NCBI GenBank assembly: GCA_963822445.1
Contig: CAWGHO010000001.1
Coordinates: 288,001-352,000, forward strand
Length of the DNA: 64,000 nt
Origin: an uncultured Acidobacteriota bacterium
Lineage (GTDB): Bacteria; Acidobacteriota; Thermoanaerobaculia; Gp7-AA8
Direction of reading: 5' to 3'
The notes below the pieces were generated by a model. That model was not told the origin of the DNA and did not search any database. It was given only the letters and a program-made list of their open reading frames with translations. Numbering within the stretch: the first letter of the stretch is position 1; every line of letters begins with the position of its first letter. A program made the position numbers and the translations under genes. Shown here piece after piece: positions 17,838 through 27,744 of this stretch.

Positions 17838-18475
17838 GCACGCTCCCGCGCGTAGTAGACGACCATGGCCACGGCGAGAATCCAGCCGGCGAACGTCGCC
17901 CACAACTGCCGCCACGGCGGCGGAAACATCACCAGCACGCTTCCTGAGAACGCCGCCACCGCACCCGAATATCCGCCGATCATTTTCACGATGTGCTCAT
18001 ACAACCAGAGGCGGGGCCGGAAGGGCCACGCGCGTGGAAAGAGAAAGCGGTAGACATCGTAGAACGCGTAGGCCGACGTGCCGTACGCCAGTGCGCGCAC
18101 GACGGGGACGTTCTTCGTCACCTGCCCGCGCGCGAGGAGGTACGCGAGGTACGAGGCGACAGCGATGATGAGCAGCGTGACGATCCAGTCGAGCGCCTTC
18201 GCACGCTCCCCGTTCTTCCGGCGCAACACGCGCTCGCCGGAAAACACGCCCATGAGCGCCGCCGCGGTCAGACCGGCAAAGTACGCGTTGAATTTGATGA
18301 TGGTCATCAGCGTGGCCGTGCCGAGGACGAAGGTCATGAGCCACTGGAAGGCGCGACCGGCCCGGCGATGGAGGATCGATCGCGACCGCACCGGCTTCGG
18401 CACGGAGACCGCCATCGTTCCGGCGAGGACGGCCAGCGTTCCGGCGATGATGTGAATCACGAGAAGGGTTCGCAT
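17834..18475 (-). CDS. DUF2306-like membrane protein
   Basis: IHIIAG, HRRAGRAF, EHIVKMIGGY motifs; about 6 TMs. Confidence 0.7.
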   Translation of the reverse strand: MRTLLVIHIIAGTLAVLAGTMAVSVPKPVRSRSILHRRAGRAFQWLMTFVLGTATLMTIIKFNAYFAGLTAAALMGVFSGERVLRRKNGERAKALDWIVTLLIIAVASYLAYLLARGQVTKNVPVVRALAYGTSAYAFYDVYRFLFPRAWPFRPRLWLYEHIVKMIGGYSGAVAAFSGSVLVMFPPPWRQLWATFAGWILAVAMVVYYARERA

Positions 18476-18566
18476 GTGCGGACCTTACGGGCCGCAACTC
18501 CTTCAGGTTAGAGGGTTTGGGACGAAACGCAGGCAGGCGGGACGAACCGCCGTTAAACTGCGATTC

Positions 18567-19220
18567 ATGCTCACGCCGCGACGCATCGAGACCGAGGAAC
18601 TGCTCGACGAGCACGACGCGCCGCGCGAGGACATGGAGCGCTCCCTCCGCGACCTCCGCCGCATCAACAAGTACCTCGGCGGCATCGGCATCTACCGCCG
18701 CCTGCTTCGGCGCTTCACTCCCCGCTCCATCCTCGACATCGGAACCGGCACGTCCGACGATCTCGAAGCCGTGCCGCACATCCCGCTGCGCATCGGCCTC
18801 GATTTCAAGATCGATCATCTCCTCTACATGCGAAACGGGTCGCGCGTGCGGCGCGTGGTCGGCGACGCAACGCGGCTTCCTTTTCGCGAGGGCGCGGTCG
18901 ACGTCGTGACCTCCGCGCACTTCTTCCACCACTTCTCGCCCGACGGAAACGTGACCATTCTTCAGGAGGCAATGCGCGTCGCGCGGCAGGGCGTGACCGT
19001 GAATGACACGCGCCGCCATTACGTCCCGTTGCTGTTCGTGCTGCTGCTGTCGGCGCTGCGGCTCTTCGGCAGGATCACGCGCTACGACGCGCCGGCTTCG
19101 GTGCGGCAGGCGTACACGCTGGCCGAGGCGCGGGCGATTGCGGAGCGGGTGCGGGGGGCGAAGTACGAGATCGTGCGCATGTGGCCGTTCCGGCTGGGCA
19201 TTCTGTTGTGGAAGACGTAG
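18567..19220 (+). CDS. SAM-dependent methyltransferase
   Basis: ELLDE..LRDLRRINKYLGG, ILDIGTGTSD, FFHHF, VNDTRR. Confidence 0.85.
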   Translation: MLTPRRIETEELLDEHDAPREDMERSLRDLRRINKYLGGIGIYRRLLRRFTPRSILDIGTGTSDDLEAVPHIPLRIGLDFKIDHLLYMRNGSRVRRVVGDATRLPFREGAVDVVTSAHFFHHFSPDGNVTILQEAMRVARQGVTVNDTRRHYVPLLFVLLLSALRLFGRITRYDAPASVRQAYTLAEARAIAERVRGAKYEIVRMWPFRLGILLWKT

Positions 19221-20299
19221 CCATCGTCGGTGGAGGCCCGGCCGGCTCGACGCTGGCCGCGCTTCTCGCCTCGCGCGGCGTCAGCGTTGCCGTTTACGAC
19301 CGCGACAAGTTTCCGCGCGACAAGCTGTGCGGCGAATTTCTGTCGTACGACGCGTTGCCGGTTCTCGACGCGATGGGCGTGCTCGAAGCGATCGACACCG
19401 CGAGCGCGCCGCGGATCACGCGCTGCCGCGTCATCGGCGCGCGGACTTACGAGTTCGCGTTGCCTCATGCCGCGCGCGGAGTCTCGCGTCTGTTTCTCGA
19501 TGATCTCCTGCTCCGCACCGCCGCGCGCAACGGAGCCATCGTGCGCGATGGCGTCACGGTGACTCGCTTCGAAGAGCTCAACGCGCGCGTGGTCGTGGGC
19601 GCGTGGGGACGCTGGGGACGCTTCGACCAGCAGCTCGATCGCGCATTCGTCCGCGATCGCTCGCATCGCAATTTCGGCTTCAAGCGCCATTTCACCGGAC
19701 CGGTCGCGGACGCGATCGACCTCTACTCCTTCAACCGCGGCTACCTCGGCGTGAACGCCGTCGAAGGCGAGATCACCAACATCTGCGGTCTCGTGCATGC
19801 GTCGCGGCTCAGCGGACACAAAGGGCGGTGGGACGCGTTCGTCGACACGATCCGCGAGGAAGAACCGCGACTCGACGAGCTCTTCGCGCGTTACGAGCCC
19901 GCGCAGGAGACTTACCTCTCGTCGGAGCCGGTGATCTTTCGCGCACGCGCGGCGGTGGAAGGTGGCGTGTTCATGATCGGCGATGCGTCGGGCGTCATCG
20001 ATCCGCTCACCGGCAACGGGATGGCCATGGCCATTCAGTCGGCGCTGCTCGCGGCACCGATCATCCTTCGTGCGCTGGAAGGCGCGTCGGTCGAAGAGGA
20101 GTACCGCGCGCTGCACCGCCGCTTCTTCGCGAAGCGCATCGCTTGGAGCCGCCGCGTCGCCTTCCTGCTTTCGCGTCCGCGGCTCCTCGACGCAATGCTG
20201 GCCGCGATTCGATCGCCGAAAGCCGGCGAGCTCTTTCTGCGCCGCACGCGCGCGTCGCGAGAAGAGGTGCTGCGGCTCGCCGAAGCGTGGTTCTGCTAG
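19208..20299 (+). CDS. FAD-dependent oxidoreductase (geranylgeranyl reductase/halogenase-like family)
   Basis: VGGGPAGS, FPRDKLCGEFLS, IGDASGVIDPLTGNGMAMA. Confidence 0.88.
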   Translation: MEDVAIVGGGPAGSTLAALLASRGVSVAVYDRDKFPRDKLCGEFLSYDALPVLDAMGVLEAIDTASAPRITRCRVIGARTYEFALPHAARGVSRLFLDDLLLRTAARNGAIVRDGVTVTRFEELNARVVVGAWGRWGRFDQQLDRAFVRDRSHRNFGFKRHFTGPVADAIDLYSFNRGYLGVNAVEGEITNICGLVHASRLSGHKGRWDAFVDTIREEEPRLDELFARYEPAQETYLSSEPVIFRARAAVEGGVFMIGDASGVIDPLTGNGMAMAIQSALLAAPIILRALEGASVEEEYRALHRRFFAKRIAWSRRVAFLLSRPRLLDAMLAAIRSPKAGELFLRRTRASREEVLRLAEAWFC

Positions 20300-20311
20300 A
20301 GTTTCCGCTTC

Positions 20312-20974
20312 ATGCCGCCGCTCCCCGAAGGCGAGTTTCTCCTTCCCCTGTTCCCCCTGCCGAACATCGTCTTCTTCCCCCACACGCGCCTGCCGCTGCA
20401 CGTTTTCGAGCCGCGGTACCGGCAGATGGTGAAGGACGTCCTCGACACCGATCAGCGTTTCGGCATCGTGCTTCTGAAGCCGGGCTGGGAGCGTGAGTAC
20501 TTCGGCGCGCCGGGCGTGTTCGAGCTGGGCACGATGGGAACGGTCGAGCAGGCGGTGCCGCTCGAGGACGGCAAATACAACATCGTCGTGCGCGGCGATG
20601 TCCGTTTCCGCATCCTCGACGAGGTCTCGAGCGTTCCATATCGCACCGCGAGGGTCATCGCCGAGCCGGAGCTGAACCGCCAGCCGGAGAAAGCGTACGA
20701 ACAACGCGAATGGCTGGCCGATCTGTCGCGGCAATACCTGAAGTACCTGCCCGATCAGACCGCGGTGCCGGAGATCGAGACCGTCGATCTCGACGCGCTG
20801 ACGAACGCGCTGATCATGTCGCTGAATCTCGACGTGCACGAGAAGCAGAAGCTGCTGGAGGCGTCGGATGTGATCGCGCGGGCCGAGGCGATCGGAACGG
20901 AGCTGGCGAACCGGATCGAGAGCCTGCAGTTTCTGGCGCCGTTCCGGAAACCGAGCGACCCGAGTAGGAATTGA
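20312..20974 (+). CDS. LON peptidase substrate-binding (N-terminal) domain protein
   Basis: LPLFPLPNIVFFP..LPLHVFEPRYRQMV. Confidence 0.9.
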   Translation: MPPLPEGEFLLPLFPLPNIVFFPHTRLPLHVFEPRYRQMVKDVLDTDQRFGIVLLKPGWEREYFGAPGVFELGTMGTVEQAVPLEDGKYNIVVRGDVRFRILDEVSSVPYRTARVIAEPELNRQPEKAYEQREWLADLSRQYLKYLPDQTAVPEIETVDLDALTNALIMSLNLDVHEKQKLLEASDVIARAEAIGTELANRIESLQFLAPFRKPSDPSRN

Positions 20975-21065
20975 GTCGTTAGTCGTTAGTGATTAGTCGT
21001 TAGTAGAACGCGCAGCAACCAGCGGTTCCGTCTACTAACGACTAACCACTAACGACTAATCACTC
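20973..21065. repeat. Inverted tandem-heptamer hairpin (TTAGTCG/TTAGTGA units) between convergent genes
   Basis: About 35 bp arms of TTAGTSR units and their complement around a 23 nt spacer; AT-rich against the background. Confidence 0.85.
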
Positions 21066-21551
21066 GCTCTTGATCTCCACGTCCCGCTCGCACACCAGAT
21101 TTCCGCCCCAATACCCTTCCAGCCTGTACTTGCCGGCCTTGGGCGGGGTGGGAATGGTCAGCGTGGCGATCTTCAGACCAGCGGCATCGCGCTGCACGAC
21201 GGCAACTTCCTTTCCCTTGTCGTCGAGCACCTTCACGCTCACGCGAAGACCGGCCGGCGCTTCCTTCAGCCACATCGAAAAATAGATCGGGTCTTTCTTG
21301 CCGAACGAGGTGCTCGCTGTGGACACCGCGCCGTTTTCGCCGAGGATCGAGCCGGTGTAGCACTGGGGGACGACGGAGAGCGGAAGGAGGATGACCTTGT
21401 CCACGTCGGCGTTCTTCATGTCCTGAGGCTTGCCCTCGAAGGCTGTGACCGTCGATGTCGGCTGAGGCGGCGGTGGAGCGGCGACCTCTTTGCGGCAGGC
21501 GAGAAAAACGAAGGCGAGGAGGATGGCGGAGCAGGACGTCATTCGTGCCAT
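21060..21551 (-). CDS. Hypothetical lipoprotein with Ig-like fold
   Basis: Lipobox FLAC, Pro-rich linker, beta-rich C-terminus (GKYRLEGYW). Confidence 0.7.
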   Translation of the reverse strand: MARMTSCSAILLAFVFLACRKEVAAPPPPQPTSTVTAFEGKPQDMKNADVDKVILLPLSVVPQCYTGSILGENGAVSTASTSFGKKDPIYFSMWLKEAPAGLRVSVKVLDDKGKEVAVVQRDAAGLKIATLTIPTPPKAGKYRLEGYWGGNLVCERDVEIKSE

Positions 21552-21564
21552 GTCAGTAGTGTAC

Positions 21565-22266
21565 CTATGCCGCGGGCTCGCGAAAGATCGTGTCGTGCGG
21601 CCGCGACATCTCTTCGGCCGGCCGGCCGGCCGTGTAGTAGTAGAGCGAGACCGACTTGCGGGTCACCCCGTCCGGCGCGGCCAGCGGATGCGGATGGCCG
21701 TGATACGACGTGTCCGTAGTCGAAAAAATCACCGTGCGATTGAAGAGCGGCGCGATCCGCTTCCGGCACTCGGTCATCGAGTCATTCCAGAGCTCGAGAT
21801 GCCCGCCCCACTCCTCGCGCCAGCCCTTGTTCAGGTAGATCAGCATGTTCGCGCGGCGATCGACTTTCAGCTTTGGATGCACGTTGAAATCGGCGTGAAT
21901 TTTCAGGAAGCCTCCCGGCTCGATCTGATGCAGTCCGCCGCCGCCAAAGTACGGATCGGGAATCAGCCCATCCATGCCCGTGACCGCCTCCAGCCAGAGC
22001 AGCATCTCGAAGCCGTTCATCGCGTCGAGAAACGCGCGGACGTTCGAAGTCACCACGCTGTCCTCGTGGTAGTAGCCGAGCTTCTTCTCAAGAGGCGACT
22101 CGAACCGGCGCCAGCGCATCTGCTCGGGCGTGGGGAACTCGGCGAGCACGCGCTCGAGATCGGCATCGTCGAAAAGGCCGTCGATGACGATGTGCGGAAA
22201 GGGATCGCCGTTCGCGTACTGCTCGCGAAGCGAATGCGGTTCGTAATTGAGCTTCACCGGCGCCAT
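21565..22266 (-). CDS. 2OG-Fe(II) oxygenase
   Basis: PFPHIVID, GGGLHQI, IHADFN (HxD), SYHGHP, RKSVSLYYY. Confidence 0.9.
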   Translation of the reverse strand: MAPVKLNYEPHSLREQYANGDPFPHIVIDGLFDDADLERVLAEFPTPEQMRWRRFESPLEKKLGYYHEDSVVTSNVRAFLDAMNGFEMLLWLEAVTGMDGLIPDPYFGGGGLHQIEPGGFLKIHADFNVHPKLKVDRRANMLIYLNKGWREEWGGHLELWNDSMTECRKRIAPLFNRTVIFSTTDTSYHGHPHPLAAPDGVTRKSVSLYYYTAGRPAEEMSRPHDTIFREPAA

Positions 22267-22283
22267 GTCGACTCGATCATAGA

Positions 22284-23096
22284 ATGCGCGCCGTGCCGGA
22301 GCCGCTCCCCTACCGCGATTTCTACTACCCGCTCAACGTGTTCATGCACATCCTCACCGCCGAGGAGGGGGGCGTCGAGTATCTGCACTACGGATTGTTC
22401 GAGCGGGAGGATGAGCCGATCGCCGACGCACAGGAGCGCTCGACGCGGATGCTGCTCGATCGCCTGCCGCCGCCGCCCGCCCGTCTGCTCGAAGTGGGAA
22501 TCGGGCTGGCGACGACCCTGAATCGGCTGCTGTCGATGGGGTACGACGCGGTCGGGATCACGCCGGATGAGAAGCAGATCGCCATGGCCCGCGCGCGTTA
22601 CGGCGATGGGATTCCCGTGCAGTGCGTGGGTTTCGAGGCCTTCGAAGCGAGTGGAACCTTCGACGCGATCGTCTTCCAGGAATCGTCGCAGTACATCGAC
22701 TCCGAAGCGCTCTTCGCGAAGGCGGATGGGCTCGCGCCGCTGGTGATCGTCCTCGATGAATTCGCCATGCAGCCGCTCGACACGCCCGGGGCGCTGCGCA
22801 CGCACGCGTCGTTCCTCGAGGCGGCAGCGCGTCACGAGTTCGACGTTCTCGAAGATCTCGATCTCTCGAAAATGGCCCCGCCGACGGTTCGCTATTTCAT
22901 CAAGCGTTTACCCGCGCACCGCGAGCGCCTGATCGCCGACCTCGGCCTCACCAATGAACAGGTCGATGAGTTGATCGTGAGTGGGGAGCGATACGTCGAA
23001 AGGTATGTCGAAGGCGTGTACGCCTACAGATTGTTGCGTCTCGCGAAAACGCAATCCCGGCACATGAAATCCGCCGGCGCTTCTTCGATCCCGTAG
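22284..23096 (+). CDS. Class I SAM-dependent methyltransferase
   Basis: YLHYGLF, LLEVGIGLA, FQESSQY. Confidence 0.8.
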   Translation: MRAVPEPLPYRDFYYPLNVFMHILTAEEGGVEYLHYGLFEREDEPIADAQERSTRMLLDRLPPPPARLLEVGIGLATTLNRLLSMGYDAVGITPDEKQIAMARARYGDGIPVQCVGFEAFEASGTFDAIVFQESSQYIDSEALFAKADGLAPLVIVLDEFAMQPLDTPGALRTHASFLEAAARHEFDVLEDLDLSKMAPPTVRYFIKRLPAHRERLIADLGLTNEQVDELIVSGERYVERYVEGVYAYRLLRLAKTQSRHMKSAGASSIP

Positions 23097-24070
23097 ATCC
23101 ACTTCCGCATCTTCGCCAGCTCATCCCCCTCCAGCACCTCGGCGATGCTGTTCTGCGTGAGATCGCCGACGACGTAGTTCTCGTCATAGTCCTCGCAGCA
23201 GAGCACGCACTTGCCGTGCGGAGTGATGTGGAGATGCTGGAGCGGACGCGAGCCGACGTTGTCGCAGCCGGCCAGGCGCTTCTCGCGATCCTGCGCTTTC
23301 ATTCCGACGTCCAGCCAGCCGGCGCGGTCCATCACCACGTGGGCCTCGACGACGAAACGGCTGCCAGCGAAGCGGTCGCGGATCGATTCGAAATCCTGCT
23401 GATGCTCGTCGTCGCCTTTGCCGAGGACGACGATCTTCATCTCGTTCGCGAGAGGGCGGTCCTTCATGTAATCGAGGTTGCGCAGGACGACCGTCAGATG
23501 ATCCTCACCGCGATCCTTCTGATACCGCTCGCGGTCCAGCGTCGACAGGTTGATGCAGAGATAGCGCAGCGGACCGCTTTCGATCAGCGCGTCCGTTTTC
23601 GCGGGGGTGAAACCGGAGCCGTTGCTGAGCACCGCGACTGGCAGGCCCTTGGCGAAGAGCGTCTGACAAAGCTCGACGAAGCGGCGATCGACGGTCGGTT
23701 CGTTGTAGCTCTGGAGAAAGACCGCTTCCAGGGTCGGGATGGTGGTCAACTGATTGACGATGCTGTGGAACATCTCGTCCGGCATCGCGTAGTCCTCGCG
23801 CGGCGCGATCGAGACCGGGCAGAAGTAGCACTTCTGATTGCAGGTCGTGGTCGTCTCCAGCGAGACCACCTTCAGACGATGCTTACGGGACAGGTCTGCA
23901 TCGGCGGCGACGAGCCAGCCTTCCGCCTCGAGAGCCGCGTTCGATTCACCGGTCGACTGGAAGTGCCGGAAAAGCGCGTACGCCTCGTCCGCCGGCGTCA
24001 GAGCGCGGTCGCTGAGCGGGTCGTAAACGCGGTCCGCGTCGATGTGGAGAAACGGGCTGGGACGAACCAT
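23024..24070 (-). CDS. Radical SAM protein with SPASM/twitch domain
   Basis: CNQKCYFC, YNEPT, C-terminal GKCVLCCED and CRDC. Confidence 0.92.
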   Translation of the reverse strand: MVRPSPFLHIDADRVYDPLSDRALTPADEAYALFRHFQSTGESNAALEAEGWLVAADADLSRKHRLKVVSLETTTTCNQKCYFCPVSIAPREDYAMPDEMFHSIVNQLTTIPTLEAVFLQSYNEPTVDRRFVELCQTLFAKGLPVAVLSNGSGFTPAKTDALIESGPLRYLCINLSTLDRERYQKDRGEDHLTVVLRNLDYMKDRPLANEMKIVVLGKGDDEHQQDFESIRDRFAGSRFVVEAHVVMDRAGWLDVGMKAQDREKRLAGCDNVGSRPLQHLHITPHGKCVLCCEDYDENYVVGDLTQNSIAEVLEGDELAKMRKWIYGIEEAPADFMCRDCVFARRNNL

Positions 24071-24149
24071 TGCGGTGAGTACGAGACCTGAGTGCGATGC
24101 GTCTAACGCTCTGAACCCACAGCCTCTTCCGCGTATCATGCGCCCCGCA

Positions 24150-25298
24150 ATGGCGATCGCGGTCCTCTTCCCTCGAAACGATCACCCCGCGATCGAGGAA
24201 CGTTACGCGAGCTGGCAGTCGCAGATGCGCCTGCGCCGCGGCTTCGAGCACGCGAAACTCGAGTTTTACGACGTGCATGAGGCCGCCGGGGACGTCGTGG
24301 ACAGCGTCGAGGAGCCGCATGTCCTGGTGGTCACCGATCCGCTGGTCGTGACGTCGTTACGCGTCGGCGCGAAGCTTCGGAATGCGCTCGAATCGAGCGG
24401 CGCCGCGGCCGCGGTCCCGGTCACGAATGAGACTCGCCATCCGCGGCAGCAGCGCGTTCCGCCGGCGCAGTATCTGACGTTGCGGGAGCTGGAAGAGGCC
24501 TTCGAGAAGGCTTCAGGCACGGCTGAAATGGTGACCTGGGATGAGTCCGATCCCGGCGTCTACCTCTGTAAGCGGGAAACTCTCGCTGGCGAGCGAGCTC
24601 AACTTTGGCGGGCGCTTCGCGGCCGCAACGTGGTCATCGATCCCACGACTTACGTCCACATCTGGAGTCCGATGCGGGCCCAGGTTCGCGACGATCTCCT
24701 GCTCTACATCCCCCTCGACGCCCGCTCCCTGCTCGAGCTCGGCTGCGGCGAGGGCGGTCTCGGCGCCCTGGTCAAGGAGCGCCAGAAATGCCGCGTGGCC
24801 GGCATCGAGCTCGATCCTCACGCCGCCGCGATCGCCCGCAAGAAGATCGATGACGTCTACACCGGCGACGTCCGCCACATCGTCGAGATCCTTCACGACA
24901 AGTTTGACTGCATCGTGGCCAGCGAGATCGTGGAGCACGTCGACGATCCCTGGTCGCTGCTCGCCGAGCTGCGCGACGTCACGGCGCGTGGCGGACGGCT
25001 GGTCATCAGCATCCCCAACATCGCCAACGCCTCGATCGTCGGCGATCTGCTCCGCGGCCGCTTCGACTACACCTACATCGGCCTCGCCTGCGCCGGCCAT
25101 CTCCGCTTCTTCACCCGCGCCTCGATCGAGGATCTGCTGGAGATCGCGGGCTGGAAGGTCGAGGCCATCGTGCCGCAGCGCGCGGTGGTCTCTCCGCAGG
25201 CGCAGGCGCTCGTCGATTCGCTGAAGAAGAGCGGCGTCGCGTTCGACGAGAACGAGCTGCTGGCGACGGGCTATTACGTCGTGGCCCGGAACGAATGA
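24150..25298 (+). CDS. SAM-dependent methyltransferase with degenerate GT2-like N-terminal region
   Basis: LLELGCGEG, EIVEHVDDPW, SIPNIA, GRFDYT, HLRFFT. Confidence 0.82.
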   Translation: MAIAVLFPRNDHPAIEERYASWQSQMRLRRGFEHAKLEFYDVHEAAGDVVDSVEEPHVLVVTDPLVVTSLRVGAKLRNALESSGAAAAVPVTNETRHPRQQRVPPAQYLTLRELEEAFEKASGTAEMVTWDESDPGVYLCKRETLAGERAQLWRALRGRNVVIDPTTYVHIWSPMRAQVRDDLLLYIPLDARSLLELGCGEGGLGALVKERQKCRVAGIELDPHAAAIARKKIDDVYTGDVRHIVEILHDKFDCIVASEIVEHVDDPWSLLAELRDVTARGGRLVISIPNIANASIVGDLLRGRFDYTYIGLACAGHLRFFTRASIEDLLEIAGWKVEAIVPQRAVVSPQAQALVDSLKKSGVAFDENELLATGYYVVARNE

Positions 25299-26302
25299 AG
25301 CCGCTGAAGATCACCTACCTGATGGAAGACACCGAGCTGTCCGGCGGACAGCGTGTGCAGCTCGTGCACGCGGACGCGCTGATCGCGCGCGGGCACCGCG
25401 TGCGAATCGTGACCAAAGGGCTCCCCGTGACCTGGCGCCGTTCCCGCGCGGAATGGATTTACGTCGATCACTTCTCCGAGTACGACGCGCGCGACGAGGA
25501 CTTCATCGTCGGCACCTTCTGGCTGACCCTCGAAGCCGCCCACAACCTCGGCGGCACGCGCGCTGTCCATTTCTGTCAGGGCTACGAGGGATTCATCTCC
25601 GCGTATCAGCCGATCCTTCCGCGGATCGAAGCCGCGTACTCGCTGCCGTTGCCGAAGCTGGTCGTCGCGAAATCGCTGGTGCCGGTCTGCCAGAAATTCA
25701 CCGAGGACGTGACCTACATCGGCCAGGTGGTCGAGGATGAGTTTTATCGACCGGCGACGCCGCGCGAGCATGAACCGCTGCGGGTGTTGTTGTGCGGTCA
25801 GTATCAGGCGGATTTCCGCGGCATCGACGACGGCTACGGCGCCGTCGCACACGCCCGCTGGTTTCATCAGAAGCTCGATCTCATTCGCGTGTCGTCGTGG
25901 GCACCGTCGCGCGAGGAGCCTCTGGAAAGCGTGCAGGAGTTTCACGTCGCGCTGACCACTGACGAAATGACTCGGCTCGTGCACTCATGCGACGCGTTGA
26001 TCGCCCCGAATCATGCGGCGGAAGGATTTGGACTTCCCGCGGCGGAGGCGATGGCCGCCGGGCTGCCCTGCGTTTTGACGTCGATCCCTTCGTTCCTCTC
26101 CTTCGATGAGAGGCATGACTACGCGCTCTTCGCGCCGCAGGAAAACGCGGTGGAGCTGGGCGAGCGGCTGATCGAGCTGCTCAGCGACTTTGATCTGCGC
26201 GAGCGGTTGCGCGCACGCGGCCGGGAGGTCGCCGAGCAATGGCGTGTCGAGAACGTCGCGGACCGGTTGGAGCAGTTCTTTTTCAGCCGTACACAGCGCT
26301 GA
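25295..26302 (+). CDS. Glycosyltransferase family 4
   Basis: SGGQRV, EGFGLPAAEAMAAGLPCV. Confidence 0.9.
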   Translation: MKPLKITYLMEDTELSGGQRVQLVHADALIARGHRVRIVTKGLPVTWRRSRAEWIYVDHFSEYDARDEDFIVGTFWLTLEAAHNLGGTRAVHFCQGYEGFISAYQPILPRIEAAYSLPLPKLVVAKSLVPVCQKFTEDVTYIGQVVEDEFYRPATPREHEPLRVLLCGQYQADFRGIDDGYGAVAHARWFHQKLDLIRVSSWAPSREEPLESVQEFHVALTTDEMTRLVHSCDALIAPNHAAEGFGLPAAEAMAAGLPCVLTSIPSFLSFDERHDYALFAPQENAVELGERLIELLSDFDLRERLRARGREVAEQWRVENVADRLEQFFFSRTQR

Positions 26303-26329
26303 AACATCTCGCGGATACGATTCGCAGTC

Positions 26330-27469
26330 ATGCGAAAGACAGCGTTGTGTCTCGCCTTCATTCTCGCTTCCGCCGCGATCGCCCAGCCGCGGCCGCAGGA
26401 CGAAGTCGCGGTCCTTAAAGTCAAAGGTACGGAACGGACCATCGTGCGGAAGAACATCGCCTACGACGGCGACTTGACCCTCGATGTCTACCGCCCCGCC
26501 GATGCCACCGGTGTTCTGCCTCTGGTGATTTTCGTGAACGGCGTCGGCCTTCCCGATCTGAAGGAGTGGGGCCAGTACACATCGTGGCCGCGACTCGTGG
26601 CGACGCGCAGCATCGCCGCGATCACCTATCAGACCAGCAGCGGTGAATCGGCGGAAGCGCAGACCGAGGCGCTTTTGAAATACGTGCGAGCGAATGCGGC
26701 TGCGATGAAGATCGACGCGAGCCGCATCGCGCTGTGGGCCTGTTCCGCGAACGCGCGCGTGGCGACGTCGCTGCTCGCCAAACATCCGAAGGCCGACTTC
26801 CGCGCCGCCGCGTTCTACTACGGAATCATGAGCACGCCGCCCGCCCAGCCGGACGTGCCCGTGTTCATCGCCAGGGCGAACCTCGACGTGCCGATGATCA
26901 ACGGCTCGATCGATCGCTGGGTCGCCGAGGCGGTTGCGCTCGATGCGCCGGTCACGCTGATCACCTATCCGCAGGGCCTGCACGGGTTCGACGTGCGGCA
27001 GGACACGGCCGAGGCGCGGGACATCATCCGGCAGACCCTCGATTTTCTGCAGTTTCACCTGACCAATCCTCGCGCGCCGCGCACCGAGCCGATGTCGCTT
27101 GCGCAACTGCAGAAGCTCGTGGCCGGCTCGGCACCCGCGGCCGCGACCGCGAAGCTGAATGAGATCCGCAAGACGCATCCGCAGGCCTTCGTCCTCCAGG
27201 AACAGGTCCTCAACGGCCTCGGCTACTCGCTGATGGGCGAGCGCAAGTTCGAGGACGCGGTGAAGATCCTCGAGCTTACCGTCGAGCTGAATCCGGAGTC
27301 GCCCAACGCGCACGACTCGCTCGGCGACGCTTACGAAGCCGCGGGCCGCACCGCCGACGCGATCGCCGCGTCCGAGCGCGCCATCGCGTTACTGGACAAG
27401 GTTCCCGAGGCGCGGCGGGCGGCGATCCGGAGCAGCGCGGAGGAGAAGCTGAAGCGCTTGAGGAAGTAA
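26330..27469 (+). CDS. Secreted alpha/beta hydrolase with C-terminal TPR
   Basis: Signal peptide; LDVYRP, IDASRIALWACSAN, HGFD; NGLGY..NAHDSLGDAY TPR. Confidence 0.8.
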   Translation: MRKTALCLAFILASAAIAQPRPQDEVAVLKVKGTERTIVRKNIAYDGDLTLDVYRPADATGVLPLVIFVNGVGLPDLKEWGQYTSWPRLVATRSIAAITYQTSSGESAEAQTEALLKYVRANAAAMKIDASRIALWACSANARVATSLLAKHPKADFRAAAFYYGIMSTPPAQPDVPVFIARANLDVPMINGSIDRWVAEAVALDAPVTLITYPQGLHGFDVRQDTAEARDIIRQTLDFLQFHLTNPRAPRTEPMSLAQLQKLVAGSAPAAATAKLNEIRKTHPQAFVLQEQVLNGLGYSLMGERKFEDAVKILELTVELNPESPNAHDSLGDAYEAAGRTADAIAASERAIALLDKVPEARRAAIRSSAEEKLKRLRK

Positions 27470-27480
27470 GATCGCGGGAT

Positions 27481-27744
27481 ATGGCGAACCATCGCGCCAC
27501 ATCCCGCCGATTCACCGTTTCAACCTCTCCATCCGAGATCGCCCGTCAGGAAGTCGAAGATGCGCTGGCCGCGACGCCGTCGGAAAGAATGGAAGCTCTC
27601 ATCGCCCTGCTCGACGCGGCGTACGAACTTTGGGGTGTGAGAGGATTCGACCGTGACCACGTCTCTCAACAACGAAGGCGTGGCCTATGTAGTGATCGGC
27701 GGGATAGCGGTCCTGGCGCACATCCCTTACCGAACGACGCGTGA
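27481..27744 (+). CDS. Small hypothetical protein (possible partner of downstream nucleotidyltransferase; 3' end uncertain)
   Basis: TPSERMEALIAL resembles small proteins that precede nucleotidyltransferases; overlaps next ORF by 92 nt. Confidence 0.45.
   Translation: MANHRATSRRFTVSTSPSEIARQEVEDALAATPSERMEALIALLDAAYELWGVRGFDRDHVSQQRRRGLCSDRRDSGPGAHPLPNDA

Noticed and set aside
20973-21065. Short repeats considered as a CRISPR array
   Set aside because: Units are 7-8 nt, tandem and inverted, with no unique spacers and no cas genes in the window.
23024-24070. RiPP cluster around the radical SAM/SPASM enzyme
   Set aside because: No precursor peptide, peptidase or transporter nearby; neighbours point to glycan modification.
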